A stretch of 64,000 nucleotides of DNA. It comes from an uncultured Verrucomicrobiae bacterium. GTDB lineage: Bacteria > Verrucomicrobiota > Verrucomicrobiia > Limisphaerales > Palsa-1400. Position 1 is the first letter of the stretch. Every line of letters begins with the position of its first letter. The DNA lies in assembly GCA_963764165.1 (NCBI GenBank), contig CAVXRD010000002.1:2496001-2560000 (forward strand). The letters run 5' to 3'. Position numbers and translations under genes: made by a program. The notes beneath the pieces are model-generated. The model did not search any database, had not been told where the DNA came from, and worked only from the letters and a program-made list of their open reading frames with translations. Positions 15,954 to 25,589 of this stretch are shown one piece after another.

Positions 15954-18719
15954 ATGCCGCCAGTCCAGAAAAATCGCCTGCTCGCCATTGGCACGCCGCT
16001 CGGTGGCGATGTGCTGGCTGTTCGGTCCATAGCCGTCCAGGAGCAGCTAGGGCGGCTGTTTCATATCGAAGCTGAATTGTCCAGCGAGAATGCGGATATC
16101 AAGCTGGACGATGTGGTCGGGCACAACGTCACGGTCCGGATTAATATCGGCCAAAACGTCGAGCGCTACTTTAACGGGGTTGTCAGCCGGATGGCCCAGA
16201 CGGGAAATAAAGGCGGCTATGCGCATTACCACGCCACCATCGTTCCCTGGTTCTGGTTTCTCACTCGGACCGCTGATTGCCGCATATTCCAAAACAAATC
16301 CATCCCGGATATCATCGAAGAAGTATTCAGCGGGCACGGCTTGACCGATTTTCGCCCGAGCCTCTCCGGAAGCTATTCTCCGCGGGAATACGTCGTTCAA
16401 TATCGGGAGACGGACTTCAATTTTGTCAGCCGTCTCATGGAAGCGGAGGGAATTTATTACTTCTTTGAGCACGAGAATGGCAAGCACACCATGGTGCTGG
16501 CTGACTCCATCAGCGCCCACAATCCCTACCCGGATTATGGGGAAGTGACCTTCCAGGAACTGGAAAAGGGCGCCAGCGGGCGCGAAGTCATCACTGAGTG
16601 GACGATGGAAAAAGAGGCCCAGCCGGTTGCCTATGCCCTAAATGATTTTGATTTCAAAAAGCCGAAGGCTTCATTGCGCGCCAACTCCAATGTCAGCCGC
16701 GATTACGGCGCCGCCCAGTTCGAGATCTACGACTATCCCGGCGAATATGTTGCCGCCGGGGATGGCGACCGCCTCACCGGCGTCCGGTTGGATGAACTCC
16801 AGAGCCAATACGAACTCCTTCACGGCCAGGCCAATTGCCGCGGAATCGTTACGGGCTCGACATTTACCCTGAAGAGCCATCCCCGTGACGACCAGAACCG
16901 CGAGTACCTGGTTACAGGCGCCTCTTTGCATGCCGACGCGGGCGAGTTCGCCAGCGGCAAGGCCGAGGGAGAGTTTTTCTCCTGCAACTTTACCGCGATG
17001 GACAAGAGCCAGCAATTCCGCCCCACGCGATTGACTCCCAAGCCCGTCGTGCAAGGCCCGCAAACCGCCATCGTCGTTGGCCCTTCCGGCGAGGAAATCT
17101 ACACCGATGAATACGGCCGCGTGAAGTTGCAATTCCATTGGGATCGCTACGGCAAGTCCGATGAGAATTCGTCTTGCTGGGTTCGCGTTTCCCAAGAGTG
17201 GGCGGGAAAGAAGTGGGGGGCCATGCGCATTCCACGCATTGGACAGGAGGTCATCGTCGAATTCCTGGAAGGTGATCCTGACCGCCCGATCGTCACCGGG
17301 CGGGTATATAACGCGGAAGCCATGCCGCCCTACCCGTTGCCCACAGAGAAAACCAAGTCGACGGTCAAATCCAATTCTTCCAAAGGCGGCAACGGCTTTA
17401 ACGAGATTCGCTTTGAGGACAAGAAAGGCAAGGAGCAGATTTTTGTCCACGCGGAAAAGGACGAAGACGTTCGCGTCAAGAATGATTCCCGTGAGTGGGT
17501 CGGGAACAACCGACATCTCATCGTTATCAAGGACCAGACGGAGAAGGTCAAAGGCAACAAGCATTTGACTGTGGAAGGCAACCGGGTCGCGAAAATCCAA
17601 GGCAATCAAAGCGAAACTGTGGCCGGTGACAACAAGACGATGGTCTCCGGCAATGACCATCTTTCAGTGCAGGGCAGCCAGAAAACTCAAATCGGCGCCG
17701 ACCATAACCTCGACGTTTCGAACAATTCCAATAATGCCTGCGGCAATGATCTGTCCTTCAAAGCCGGAATGAACATTCATGAAAAGTCGGGCATGAATCA
17801 CGCCGTCGAGGCCGGGATGACCGTTCATATCAAGGGCGGAATGTCGATTGTGATTGAGGCGGGCATGGAGATTTCGTTGAAAGCGGGCGGGAGCTTCATT
17901 GACATCGGGCCCTCCGGCGTAGCCATCTCAGGCGCGATGGTCATGATTAACAGCGGCGGCTCGGCCGGAGATGGGCCAGACTGCTCGCCGACCGCCCCGG
18001 AGGACCCCGACAGTCCCGATTCCCCCGCCGATCCGGATGAAGCCGGCGACGCAGTGTCTGGCGACGTCACAGATGCCAGCGACAACTCCGCCGACAGCGA
18101 TTCCGTGGTGGATGGCGAGTCGAACCGCATCGAGGACGAATCCGATGAAGATGAAGCCGACGATGAAGGCGGTGATTTGGAAGTCAGTAAGACATGGCTC
18201 TCGGAAGATGGGGCAGCGGCTGTTTTCGGTGACGACCAAAATAATTTTTCGGTGGGCGCTTATGATCTCAGCGCCACCTCCGGGATTTCAGTCGATCTAT
18301 CGGAAAAAAGCGTTAATGTCAACTTGCTCACTGTGGCGGCCAGCGCCACGGCTTTGAGCGCCACGGCTTCCGGCACCGCGATGGGAGGAGCCGTCAAAGC
18401 CAGCGCCTCGGCGGATGTCCTGGCCGCCTCTGGAAATGCCTCGGCCGGCCTGACGCTGAGCCCCGAGGCCGCCGATATTCACGCCAACGTTGGGGCCAGC
18501 GTCGATTTGGTTTCCGCCAAGGCCAGCGGGCAAATAAAAATCCCCCTTTTCGGTCATACCTTGACCTTGGGAGCGGCGGCTTCCGGTCAAATTGGAGCCT
18601 CAGCTTCCGCCCAGGCCAGCGCAGGCTATAATGCCGAACAGGGCGCTTACGCCTCCTTTGGCGCAAAACTCGGATTGGGATTGGGTGGGGGGCTGAACTT
18701 TAGCGTCGGTTTCAAATAA
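15954..18719 (+). CDS. vgrG: T6SS spike protein VgrG with C-terminal extension (evolved VgrG)
   Basis: EQLGRLF, DCRIFQ, REYVVQYRETDFNFVSRLMEAEGIYYFFEH, GPQTAIVVGP, DEYGRVKLQFHWDR, IPRIGQEVIVEFLEGDPDRP and NEIRFEDKKGKEQIFVHAEKD, followed by an acidic linker and an Ala/Gly/Ser beta-rich tail. Confidence 0.96.
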   Translation: MPPVQKNRLLAIGTPLGGDVLAVRSIAVQEQLGRLFHIEAELSSENADIKLDDVVGHNVTVRINIGQNVERYFNGVVSRMAQTGNKGGYAHYHATIVPWFWFLTRTADCRIFQNKSIPDIIEEVFSGHGLTDFRPSLSGSYSPREYVVQYRETDFNFVSRLMEAEGIYYFFEHENGKHTMVLADSISAHNPYPDYGEVTFQELEKGASGREVITEWTMEKEAQPVAYALNDFDFKKPKASLRANSNVSRDYGAAQFEIYDYPGEYVAAGDGDRLTGVRLDELQSQYELLHGQANCRGIVTGSTFTLKSHPRDDQNREYLVTGASLHADAGEFASGKAEGEFFSCNFTAMDKSQQFRPTRLTPKPVVQGPQTAIVVGPSGEEIYTDEYGRVKLQFHWDRYGKSDENSSCWVRVSQEWAGKKWGAMRIPRIGQEVIVEFLEGDPDRPIVTGRVYNAEAMPPYPLPTEKTKSTVKSNSSKGGNGFNEIRFEDKKGKEQIFVHAEKDEDVRVKNDSREWVGNNRHLIVIKDQTEKVKGNKHLTVEGNRVAKIQGNQSETVAGDNKTMVSGNDHLSVQGSQKTQIGADHNLDVSNNSNNACGNDLSFKAGMNIHEKSGMNHAVEAGMTVHIKGGMSIVIEAGMEISLKAGGSFIDIGPSGVAISGAMVMINSGGSAGDGPDCSPTAPEDPDSPDSPADPDEAGDAVSGDVTDASDNSADSDSVVDGESNRIEDESDEDEADDEGGDLEVSKTWLSEDGAAAVFGDDQNNFSVGAYDLSATSGISVDLSEKSVNVNLLTVAASATALSATASGTAMGGAVKASASADVLAASGNASAGLTLSPEAADIHANVGASVDLVSAKASGQIKIPLFGHTLTLGAAASGQIGASASAQASAGYNAEQGAYASFGAKLGLGLGGGLNFSVGFK

Positions 18720-18720
18720 C

Positions 18721-19734
18721 ATGGAAAATGATCCTCAGTTGATTTCGTATGGCGCCCGCATTTCCAAAGCGGCGCTGCAATCGCAATATGCATCGGTCAT
18801 GGTTCCCGCTCCCGGCTCGCCGTCGCACGGATGCCGCATCGTGCTTCCGAAATCCGCGGCGCGCGCTTCCAACGTGGAGCCCCAGCCTATTAAGAAGGGT
18901 GCGCTGGCAGTTATCGCTGGATTCCAAGTGACTCCCGCGGTGCTCGTTCAGATTTCCGGGACAATCATCGAATTTGAAATCAACCTGGCAGACTGGCTGA
19001 AATTCGAATTGCAATCCAGAGGGATTGAGCTTGATCTGGTGTCGTCAAAGATTGATCCCAACGGACAGGTTGTTCATGGAAACACCACCGGTCCAACTGG
19101 CTTTCGCGGGCGGGTCGTGGCGCGGAACAATGGCCCGAACATACTTTTGCTTGCCAGCCAGATGCCCGAGAACGCGGAGGCCGGCGTTATCGAAACCATC
19201 GGCCTGGCCGCTGCCAGCTTGGATTTGACCGCTCCATTGCATCGTCAATTGATGGAGCCTTTAGCCCCCGCGCAAGATCAAAAACCGAGTTTTCGATTTC
19301 AATACCCCAAATCATGGACGATCAAGCAGGCGGATGCTGCCTCTCCGTCGATTTCTGCTCTGGAGATCAAGATTACGAGCCAAACGGATACTGTTGCCTA
19401 CTTGCGCGCTCACTACGATTCCAATGTTATTTCAGGCGAGTCAAAAATTGGGATAATGAAAGACAGATTAATAAAGCAACTCACAGAGGCGGGCGTGGCT
19501 GTTGGCGAGATGGCCCCGCTGGCCCCGCTGGCGGAAAAGCCCGCGATGTCCCGCTTTGCCGGTCCGGCGCGCATGCCCAATGGCGAAGGGATGGCGGCAG
19601 TCGCGGTCCAGCCGGTTGCGACTGGGTGGCTGGGAGTGATACTCATTTCGCCGGGACGGAAGATGAATCCTCTGGCATGGCTGCGGGCCAAGCGGTGCTT
19701 CGAAATCGTCACCGCCACCCTGGCGGTAATTTGA
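18721..19734 (+). CDS. Hypothetical protein, possibly tandem PsbP/DcrB-like domains; candidate adaptor or immunity protein
   Basis: Starts 1 nt after the vgrG stop. Two similar halves begin RIVLPKS and FRFQYPKSW and end ...AAASLDL and ...VTATLAV. Confidence 0.6.
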   Translation: MENDPQLISYGARISKAALQSQYASVMVPAPGSPSHGCRIVLPKSAARASNVEPQPIKKGALAVIAGFQVTPAVLVQISGTIIEFEINLADWLKFELQSRGIELDLVSSKIDPNGQVVHGNTTGPTGFRGRVVARNNGPNILLLASQMPENAEAGVIETIGLAAASLDLTAPLHRQLMEPLAPAQDQKPSFRFQYPKSWTIKQADAASPSISALEIKITSQTDTVAYLRAHYDSNVISGESKIGIMKDRLIKQLTEAGVAVGEMAPLAPLAEKPAMSRFAGPARMPNGEGMAAVAVQPVATGWLGVILISPGRKMNPLAWLRAKRCFEIVTATLAVI

Positions 19735-19750
19735 TTCGCCTCAGACCGCC

Positions 19751-20437
19751 ATGCCGCTAGCGCCAGATCCGTTAAGCCCCGCCGCGCGGGAAGTCATTCA
19801 TCCGGCAATGACCCCTTGCCAGCAAGCTCAGGCCCTTAATCAGAAACATCTTTCAGTCGACGCAGTCAAAGCCCTCGCCTACGGTATGCCCGATCACAAA
19901 GCTGTTCTGTGGGCCATTGCCAGCGCCGGAAAGGTTTCAAATCCGGCGCACATTCCAGACTTGAGAGCGATCGAGGCCGCCAAAGTCTGGGGAGCCAATC
20001 CAACGCCTGCAAATCAGGAGGCCGCCGCAATGGCCGCCGCAAAGACGGACTTCAAGACGCCGGGCGCCTGGGCCGCCCAAGCCGCGGCATGGGTGGGCCT
20101 GAGTGGTGGATTAGCGGCTCACGCAGTGGTTGGCTCGGTATTGCTGGCAGCGGCACAGGGCGGGAAACCGATTTCGCCGCCGGGCGCGCCACCCGTCCCA
20201 ACTGTGCCGGGCGCGCCGCCACTTCCGGTGACGGCAGTCACACTGCCTCAAGCTCCTCGAGTTCCCTTGTTTGGACTGCCGTTTTTCAAGAAGCCGGTCC
20301 CACCACCCCTCCCGGAAGCACCCAAGCTGGGCCCAGACGGACTATCCCTTACAGCGGCTCAACGTGTCGAGATGGCCAAAAACTGCGATCCGTTTCTCAA
20401 GCTTGGATGTGAGGTGGGGCACGGCAAATCCGTTTAG
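19751..20437 (+). CDS. DUF6931-like T6SS-associated protein with a Pro-rich insertion
   Basis: DAVKALAYGMP..KAVLWA...AIEAAKVW..NPT.AN..AA..AA......PGAWAAQAAAW...AHAVVGSVLLAA...FLKLG. Lies between vgrG and PAAR. Confidence 0.7.
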   Translation: MPLAPDPLSPAAREVIHPAMTPCQQAQALNQKHLSVDAVKALAYGMPDHKAVLWAIASAGKVSNPAHIPDLRAIEAAKVWGANPTPANQEAAAMAAAKTDFKTPGAWAAQAAAWVGLSGGLAAHAVVGSVLLAAAQGGKPISPPGAPPVPTVPGAPPLPVTAVTLPQAPRVPLFGLPFFKKPVPPPLPEAPKLGPDGLSLTAAQRVEMAKNCDPFLKLGCEVGHGKSV

Positions 20438-20441
20438 CCTG

Positions 20442-20660
20442 TCAACGCGTCGGAAAGGCGGCGGGAGGGCCGGGAGCCGCTGCCCGGGCATCGTACGGTG
20501 TGTCGTACGGGTTCAGGGTGGATCCCGTTCCTGTTTCCCGATATTGAGAGCTTGGTTGTCCTGTGCTTGAATCGCGCCCGGATTGTTCCTGGCTCGCGCA
20601 TCCCACGCCTGACAGCGCAGCCGCGATCGCCGCCGATAAAACTAATAACATTCGCAACAT
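20442..20660 (-). CDS. Small putative lipoprotein (72 aa)
   Basis: MLRMLLVLSAAIAAALSGVG-C signal and lipobox-like sequence. Purine-rich RBS (AAGAAGGAAG) 10 nt upstream. Fills the gap between DUF6931 and PAAR. Confidence 0.6.
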   Translation of the reverse strand: MLRMLLVLSAAIAAALSGVGCASQEQSGRDSSTGQPSSQYRETGTGSTLNPYDTPYDARAAAPGPPAAFPTR

Positions 20661-20752
20661 AAGTTCGTTTCTTCCTTCTTACATACATATACAAGACACC
20701 TAAACGGATGCGCGTGCCTCCTGACGAGGGCATCGGACTTTCCGGTTCCCAA

Positions 20753-20781
20753 TTGACAGGGTGCTTCCTACCCGCTACGGT
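20753..20781 (+). promoter_or_regulatory. Putative sigma70 promoter giving a leaderless PAAR transcript
   Basis: TTGACA (20753-20758), 17 nt, TACGGT (20776-20781), then ATG at 20787 with no Shine-Dalgarno sequence. Confidence 0.55.
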
Positions 20782-20786
20782 TGCTT

Positions 20787-21077
20787 ATGCCGCTGGCAGC
20801 CCGATTAACAGACATGCATGTTTGCCCGATGGTGACTGGTCTCGTCCCTCATGTGGGAGGGCCCATTAGCGCGCCAGGTGTGCCGACAGTGCTCATCGGC
20901 GGCATGCCGGCCTCAGTCGTCGGAGATATGTGTGTTTGTGTGGGCCCTCCTGATACCGTCGCCAAAGGTTCATCGACCGTGCTTATTGGTGGCAAGCCCG
21001 CAGCCCGAATGGGTGACTCGACCGCGCATGGGGGTGTTATTGTCTTGGGCTGCCCCACGGTAATCATCGGCGGATGA
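20787..21077 (+). CDS. PAAR domain protein (T6SS spike tip)
   Basis: LAARLTDMHVCP...PHVGGPI...TVLIGGMPA...GDMCVC.GPPD...GSSTVLIGGKPAARMGDSTAHGG. Confidence 0.95.
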   Translation: MPLAARLTDMHVCPMVTGLVPHVGGPISAPGVPTVLIGGMPASVVGDMCVCVGPPDTVAKGSSTVLIGGKPAARMGDSTAHGGVIVLGCPTVIIGG

Positions 21078-21374
21078 GAATCCCGCCGGTGCCCGCGTCA
21101 ATTCGTGCTGTCGAGGGACACAGCGCAGGGAGCCGGATGGAAAGTGGATGCACCAATGCGGGCGGATGCCATCATGAAAATGGCATGTGCCAACTACCTC
21201 AATGTCCTCGGATTCGTCGCTCTGACCCCAAACCATAATCCTTGGAACCCAACCGGGCGCGGACTTACGGAGTCGGCATGGCTGCCGGGTGCTTTGAACC
21301 CCAATCGGACTGGGACATTATATTCGTAGCGCAGTGATCGTCGAATCTAAAATCGGTTTGGCGTGAAAAGATAC

Positions 21375-21707
21375 TTATGGATTTCCGCCGATTGCGTCTG
21401 AGTGGCAGGGCATTCCCGGTTCCCGTTGAAGGTAGGCCCGAACCGCGTCCAAGGACGACTCGATAGGCGGAACTCCAAGAACCGTCACCACATGGCTCGA
21501 TTGCCCCGAGAGGCCGTTTCGCATCCAAGCATACACTCGTCGCGCGGAATGAACTGGTTCCACGGAAAAGATTTCGACCGAGTCGTGGTCCGAAAATCTA
21601 CTGGAGGATGGAAGCCACACAATTGCAGAGGCGAAATGCGTTGGCTCGGTATTGTAAACGCGGCGAATCTCGGCAGCCAAAATATTCAAATACTGTTGTC
21701 GATCCAT
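21375..21707 (-). CDS. Hypothetical protein (110 aa)
   Basis: 3' part of ORF 21375-22085 from ATG 21707: MDRQQYL..L..EIRR.Y...VEIF...ARRVYAW...VTVLGVPPIESSLDAVRAYL. It resembles a small conserved protein I associate with Verrucomicrobia. Confidence 0.55.
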   Translation of the reverse strand: MDRQQYLNILAAEIRRVYNTEPTHFASAIVWLPSSSRFSDHDSVEIFSVEPVHSARRVYAWMRNGLSGQSSHVVTVLGVPPIESSLDAVRAYLQREPGMPCHSDAIGGNP

Positions 21708-22139
21708 ATTCAATCCTCGACTGCAACGTGCTGGCGGATACAAGCTAACTAAACACTTCGCCAGGACAGCTGTCAAGAAAATTTCGGAGAATGGCGGATG
21801 CCCAGGAAGACAAGGCGATCGAATACCGATGATCGCGCCGCCGCCAGGATTGGGAGCCGGACGGGTTGTGTGTAATAGACCCGCACCAACTATTGGGATT
21901 TCTGAGGCAGCGGAACGCCGAACAGCCGCGCATAATATGCCAGTCGGTGTGGCTCTATGACATTCTACAATTCTATTCCCGCCGGGATTGGATTTCCGAA
22001 AATGAAATTTAGAAGTTGGAGGGGAGATGAGGCAAGTAAAATTGGCCGTATTGCGCCAATTTACTAGCCCTGCTGAGGCCGCCAATGGATCCGTTGAGAC
22101 AGCGACCGCGATTCCTCGTCTGCGGTCGCTTTTCCTATG

Positions 22140-22730
22140 CTATGCGCTGTGTTGAGTGGGGAATAAGAGTCTTATCGTTCCTGCCAGGCGGCGGTCGTGG
22201 AGGGCGTTGGCTGGGTGGAAGGGCCAAGGTATGTCGTCACTTGCGCGGCTCTCATGAAGTCGTCGTGGCTCATTTTTGTGGTCGGCCAATGCCAGAGCGT
22301 CGGATTGCTTGATGCGAATGGTCATGAGGGTGGCTCGGTTGGAACCATTAAGGAATGCCCCATGTCTCTTGAAAACGCGCCCCGGAGCTGAGCCATAGCC
22401 GGACATGCCGAACGTCGAAATGGTTCTCCCCGCGGGCTGCGCCGACATTGGATCACTGTCGGCCTTGTAGGCGGCGAAGGCATTCAATGCGGCGGTGGCG
22501 CTGGGAGCGCCGGTAACTGTGACCATGATGAATTCATTCGGGGCGATGTGCCGGAAGTTGGAGGCTTCGCCGAGTGTTTCGATCACCCGCTTTTTCAAGG
22601 TTTCCACCAGATTGCTTTGATAAACCGGAGAGCTTTCCTGGCTGGTGACAAACGCCCCGGAGGGGTCAAAGCTGTTGGGAGAGAGTCCGCAATTGTGTCA
22701 TTGCTCAAAATTCCATCCAGCTTCCCAGGC
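22140..22730 (-). pseudogene. Probable C-terminal remnant of a verrucomicrobial hypothetical protein
   Basis: ETLKKRVIETLGEASNFRHIAPNEFIMVTVTG...TLMTIRIKQSD looks like a protein C-terminal half without a proper N-terminus. Upstream frames are interrupted. Confidence 0.35.
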
Positions 22731-22876
22731 CGTTTCGCTTGCCTTGAGTCGTTAGAGGATCGCCACCTGAGGGAGCTTCGTATTGCGGCAGATGACGATC
22801 GCATATGGCAGCATACGATTGCGGCGGCTCACGGCAGTCGTTTTGATGATTGGTTTGAAGAAGCCCGAAATCAATT

Positions 22877-23755
22877 TCATTTGACTGGCTGTGGCATGAT
22901 TGACAAGAACTGGCGCAACGTGCTCGAAGCATTATCAGCGCGCCAAGCCAGATAAAGATCGGCGATTGGAGGTTGGGCCAGTGGACGAAAGGTGATGCCC
23001 GCATGAGGAAGGGCTTGCAAGGACTCAGGCACAAGCGCGACTCCGCAACGGCTGGCCACCAACCCAAGAATCGTGTAGCCGCGCTCCACCATTTGAAGGA
23101 TTTTGGGGCGAAATCCGGCGCGGACGAATGCGTCCGCCACTTGTTGCGACGCGCCAGGATAAGTCTGCTCCGAGATTCCGAAGAAAAAGTCGTTCGCCAG
23201 GCTGGCCAGCGCGACCTTCGGCTGGCGCGATTGTGGATGGCCGCGCGGCAAAGCCGCCACGAACGCGCATGTGCCAACTTTGCGCCGGCACAAGCCTGCC
23301 GCGCCTGCCTCATGGGCAAAGCCGATAAAGCCGGCGTCCAGTTTTCCATTCAGCAGTTCGCGGGCTTGCTCCATCGGCGTGAGGTCAAAAAGATGGACGG
23401 CGGTTTGGGAGCTTTGGCGGCGAAAGCTATCCAGCCAGGGTGGCACTAGCGAATGGAACAAGCCCCAGATGTAACCAATCTTCATAGCTTGACCGGCTCC
23501 AGTTTGGCGGGCCGCCCGCATTGCCTGGTCGCTGTGCAAAAGAAGCGATCGCGCCTCGGCCAGAAAGGCGCGCCCGGCTTCTGTTAACTCTGCGCCGCGC
23601 GAGGAGCGTGTCAGCAGTGTCACGCCCAGTTCATCCTCCAGTTGGCGGATCTGCCGGCTTAATGCCGGTTGAGCAACGCGCAGTCTGGCCGCCGCGCGGG
23701 TAAAACTAAGCTCGGCGGCGACGGTGGCAAAATATCGCAAATGCCGTAGTTCCAT
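22877..23755 (-). CDS. LysR-family transcriptional regulator
   Basis: MELRHLRYFATVAAELSFTRAAARLRVAQPALSRQIRQLEDELGVTLL HTH and substrate-binding domain. Start at ATG 23755. Confidence 0.96.
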   Translation of the reverse strand: MELRHLRYFATVAAELSFTRAAARLRVAQPALSRQIRQLEDELGVTLLTRSSRGAELTEAGRAFLAEARSLLLHSDQAMRAARQTGAGQAMKIGYIWGLFHSLVPPWLDSFRRQSSQTAVHLFDLTPMEQARELLNGKLDAGFIGFAHEAGAAGLCRRKVGTCAFVAALPRGHPQSRQPKVALASLANDFFFGISEQTYPGASQQVADAFVRAGFRPKILQMVERGYTILGLVASRCGVALVPESLQALPHAGITFRPLAQPPIADLYLAWRADNASSTLRQFLSIMPQPVK

Positions 23756-23764
23756 CGCGCAACT

Positions 23765-23779
23765 ATGCCCCAAAGGCAT
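23765..23779. promoter_or_regulatory. LysR-type binding box (T-N11-A dyad)
   Basis: ATGCC-ccaaa-GGCAT inverted repeat between the divergent lysR and aminotransferase genes. Confidence 0.65.
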
Positions 23780-23829
23780 GACTGGGGAAACTAAGAAGTA
23801 TTGGTCACGATTCGGCCCGACGCTGTAAG

Positions 23830-25047
23830 TTGGTGCTTGTGACGGCCACAAGAACCATCGATTGGAGCCAGTGCATCGCACGGCGGTCTCAGCAGATGAA
23901 ATCAAGCGCAATTCGCGAATTGTTAAAGGTCGCTTCGCGGCCCGAAATGATTTCTTTCGCCGGCGGATTGCCAGCCGCCGAATTGTTTCCTCTGGACCGG
24001 GTAGAGGACGCCGTTAAGTCGGTGTTGCGCCGCGCGGGCGCGCGGGCGCTGCAATATGGCGAGACGGAAGGCGTGCGGGAACTGCGCGAGTGGATCGCCC
24101 GCCGGTATTCAAACGAATCTCTGCGGTTGCGCCCCGAAAACATTTTGATCACCTCCGGCGCACAACAGGCCCTTGATATTGCCGGCAGGGTGTTGCTGGA
24201 CGGCAAAGATCGCGTGATTGTCCAGAACCCGACTTATTTGGCGGCGTTATTGGCTTGGCAGCCCTATGGCGCGGCCTTCATGCCAATTGGCGCGGACAGC
24301 AGCGGAATCAATGCCAGCGAATTGGGACCCCTGCTGAGGGAATATCCCAAAATGGCATATCTCATTCCCAATTTTCAGAATCCAACGGGCGTGACCATGA
24401 CCCAGGAGCGAAGACAACTTTTAATTGACACGCTGCAAGGGCGCAATGTGGCGCTGTTCGAGGACAATCCCTACGCGGAATTGCGCTATGAAGGCGAGCC
24501 TTTGCCAAGCCTGTTGGAATTGGACTTGCCTCCCGACGATGGCGGCCGCGTCATTCAGGCTGGAACCTTTTCCAAGACGCTGATGCCGGGTTTGCGCGTT
24601 GGATGGGTAATTGGACCCCGCCAGATAATTGAGCGAATGGGAAGGGCCAAGCAGGCGATGGATTTGCACACCAGCACCTTTAACCAGCACATAGCACTGG
24701 CTCTTCTCAACAGCGGCTATCTGGAGGAGGTTATTCCAATGCTTCGGCGGGTGTACCGGGAGCGCCGTGACACCATGCTGGAGGCGCTCAAACAGCATTT
24801 TCCGCCAGGTTCAAGCTGGACCAGGCCGGAGGGCGGGATGTTCATTTTCGTGACGCTGCCGGAAGGCGTTTCGGCAGGGAGTTTGCTGCCTCGCGCGTTG
24901 GAGCGAAACGTCGCCTTTGTTCCAGGCGAGGAGTTTCATCTTGACGGCGCAGGCCAAAACACCATGCGCCTGAACTTCACCAAGCCATCTGTGCCAGAAA
25001 TACAAACAGGGATCAGCCGCCTGGCCGAAGTGATAAAATTTCGTTGA
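23830..25047 (+). CDS. PLP-dependent aminotransferase, class I/II (LysN/ARO8-like)
   Basis: SAIRELLK...ISFAGGLP, ALQYGETEG, ITSGAQQAL, PNFQNPTG, EDNPY, GTFSKTLMPGLRVGW (PLP lysine) and PEGGMF. Exact start uncertain. Confidence 0.93.
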   Translation: MVLVTATRTIDWSQCIARRSQQMKSSAIRELLKVASRPEMISFAGGLPAAELFPLDRVEDAVKSVLRRAGARALQYGETEGVRELREWIARRYSNESLRLRPENILITSGAQQALDIAGRVLLDGKDRVIVQNPTYLAALLAWQPYGAAFMPIGADSSGINASELGPLLREYPKMAYLIPNFQNPTGVTMTQERRQLLIDTLQGRNVALFEDNPYAELRYEGEPLPSLLELDLPPDDGGRVIQAGTFSKTLMPGLRVGWVIGPRQIIERMGRAKQAMDLHTSTFNQHIALALLNSGYLEEVIPMLRRVYRERRDTMLEALKQHFPPGSSWTRPEGGMFIFVTLPEGVSAGSLLPRALERNVAFVPGEEFHLDGAGQNTMRLNFTKPSVPEIQTGISRLAEVIKFR

Positions 25048-25108
25048 CACCAAGGAGACAGATGCGGGAGAGTATTCCATATAACATTTCCAATAATGCT
25101 ATTCGCGC

Positions 25109-25552
25109 ATGATCCTTGTCACTATTTCACCATTTGTGAACGCGATTCATCGAAGCCAGGTTATTGCGTTGTGGGAAACAGTCTTCGGTTACGAGGCGGC
25201 GCACAACAATCCGAGCCTCGTCATCGATAAAAAAGTCGCGGTTGGCGACGGCCTCTTCTTTGTGGCTGCCTCCGACAACGCTGTGATTGGCACGATAATG
25301 GCGGGTTACGACGGCCATCGCGGCTGGATTTACTCTCTTGCCGTCTCCCCCTCCCATCGTCGGCAGCGCATCGGCTCTCGCCTGGTCTTGGCCGCGGAGC
25401 GGGCCTTAATCGATAAGGGATGCATGAAGATCAATCTGCAGATTATGGCTGGCAACGAAAACGTTGCGTCATTTTATTCATCGCTTGGTTTCTCAGTGGA
25501 GAAACGGGTGAGCATGGGCAAACAAATACTGGAAAATATTCCGGCTTCATGA
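25109..25552 (+). CDS. GNAT acetyltransferase (YpeA-like)
   Basis: IGTIMAGYDGHRGWIYSLAV.P.HRRQRIG...GCMKINLQI...N..V..FY..LGF. Confidence 0.9.
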   Translation: MILVTISPFVNAIHRSQVIALWETVFGYEAAHNNPSLVIDKKVAVGDGLFFVAASDNAVIGTIMAGYDGHRGWIYSLAVSPSHRRQRIGSRLVLAAERALIDKGCMKINLQIMAGNENVASFYSSLGFSVEKRVSMGKQILENIPAS

Positions 25553-25589
25553 TGCCATCAACAGGCGCCAAGCCGCATTTTCTTTATTC

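Noticed and set aside
16671..17660. 329-aa minus-strand ORF, and similar ones at 28596-29567 and 38022-39038
   Set aside because: Antisense to well-supported genes.
21105..21329. 74-aa ORF downstream of PAAR as an effector or immunity gene
   Set aside because: No convincing start, RBS or motif; cannot be supported.
21708..22085. N-terminal half of the 236-aa ORF 21375-22085
   Set aside because: Does not look protein-like; the plausible gene starts at ATG 21707.
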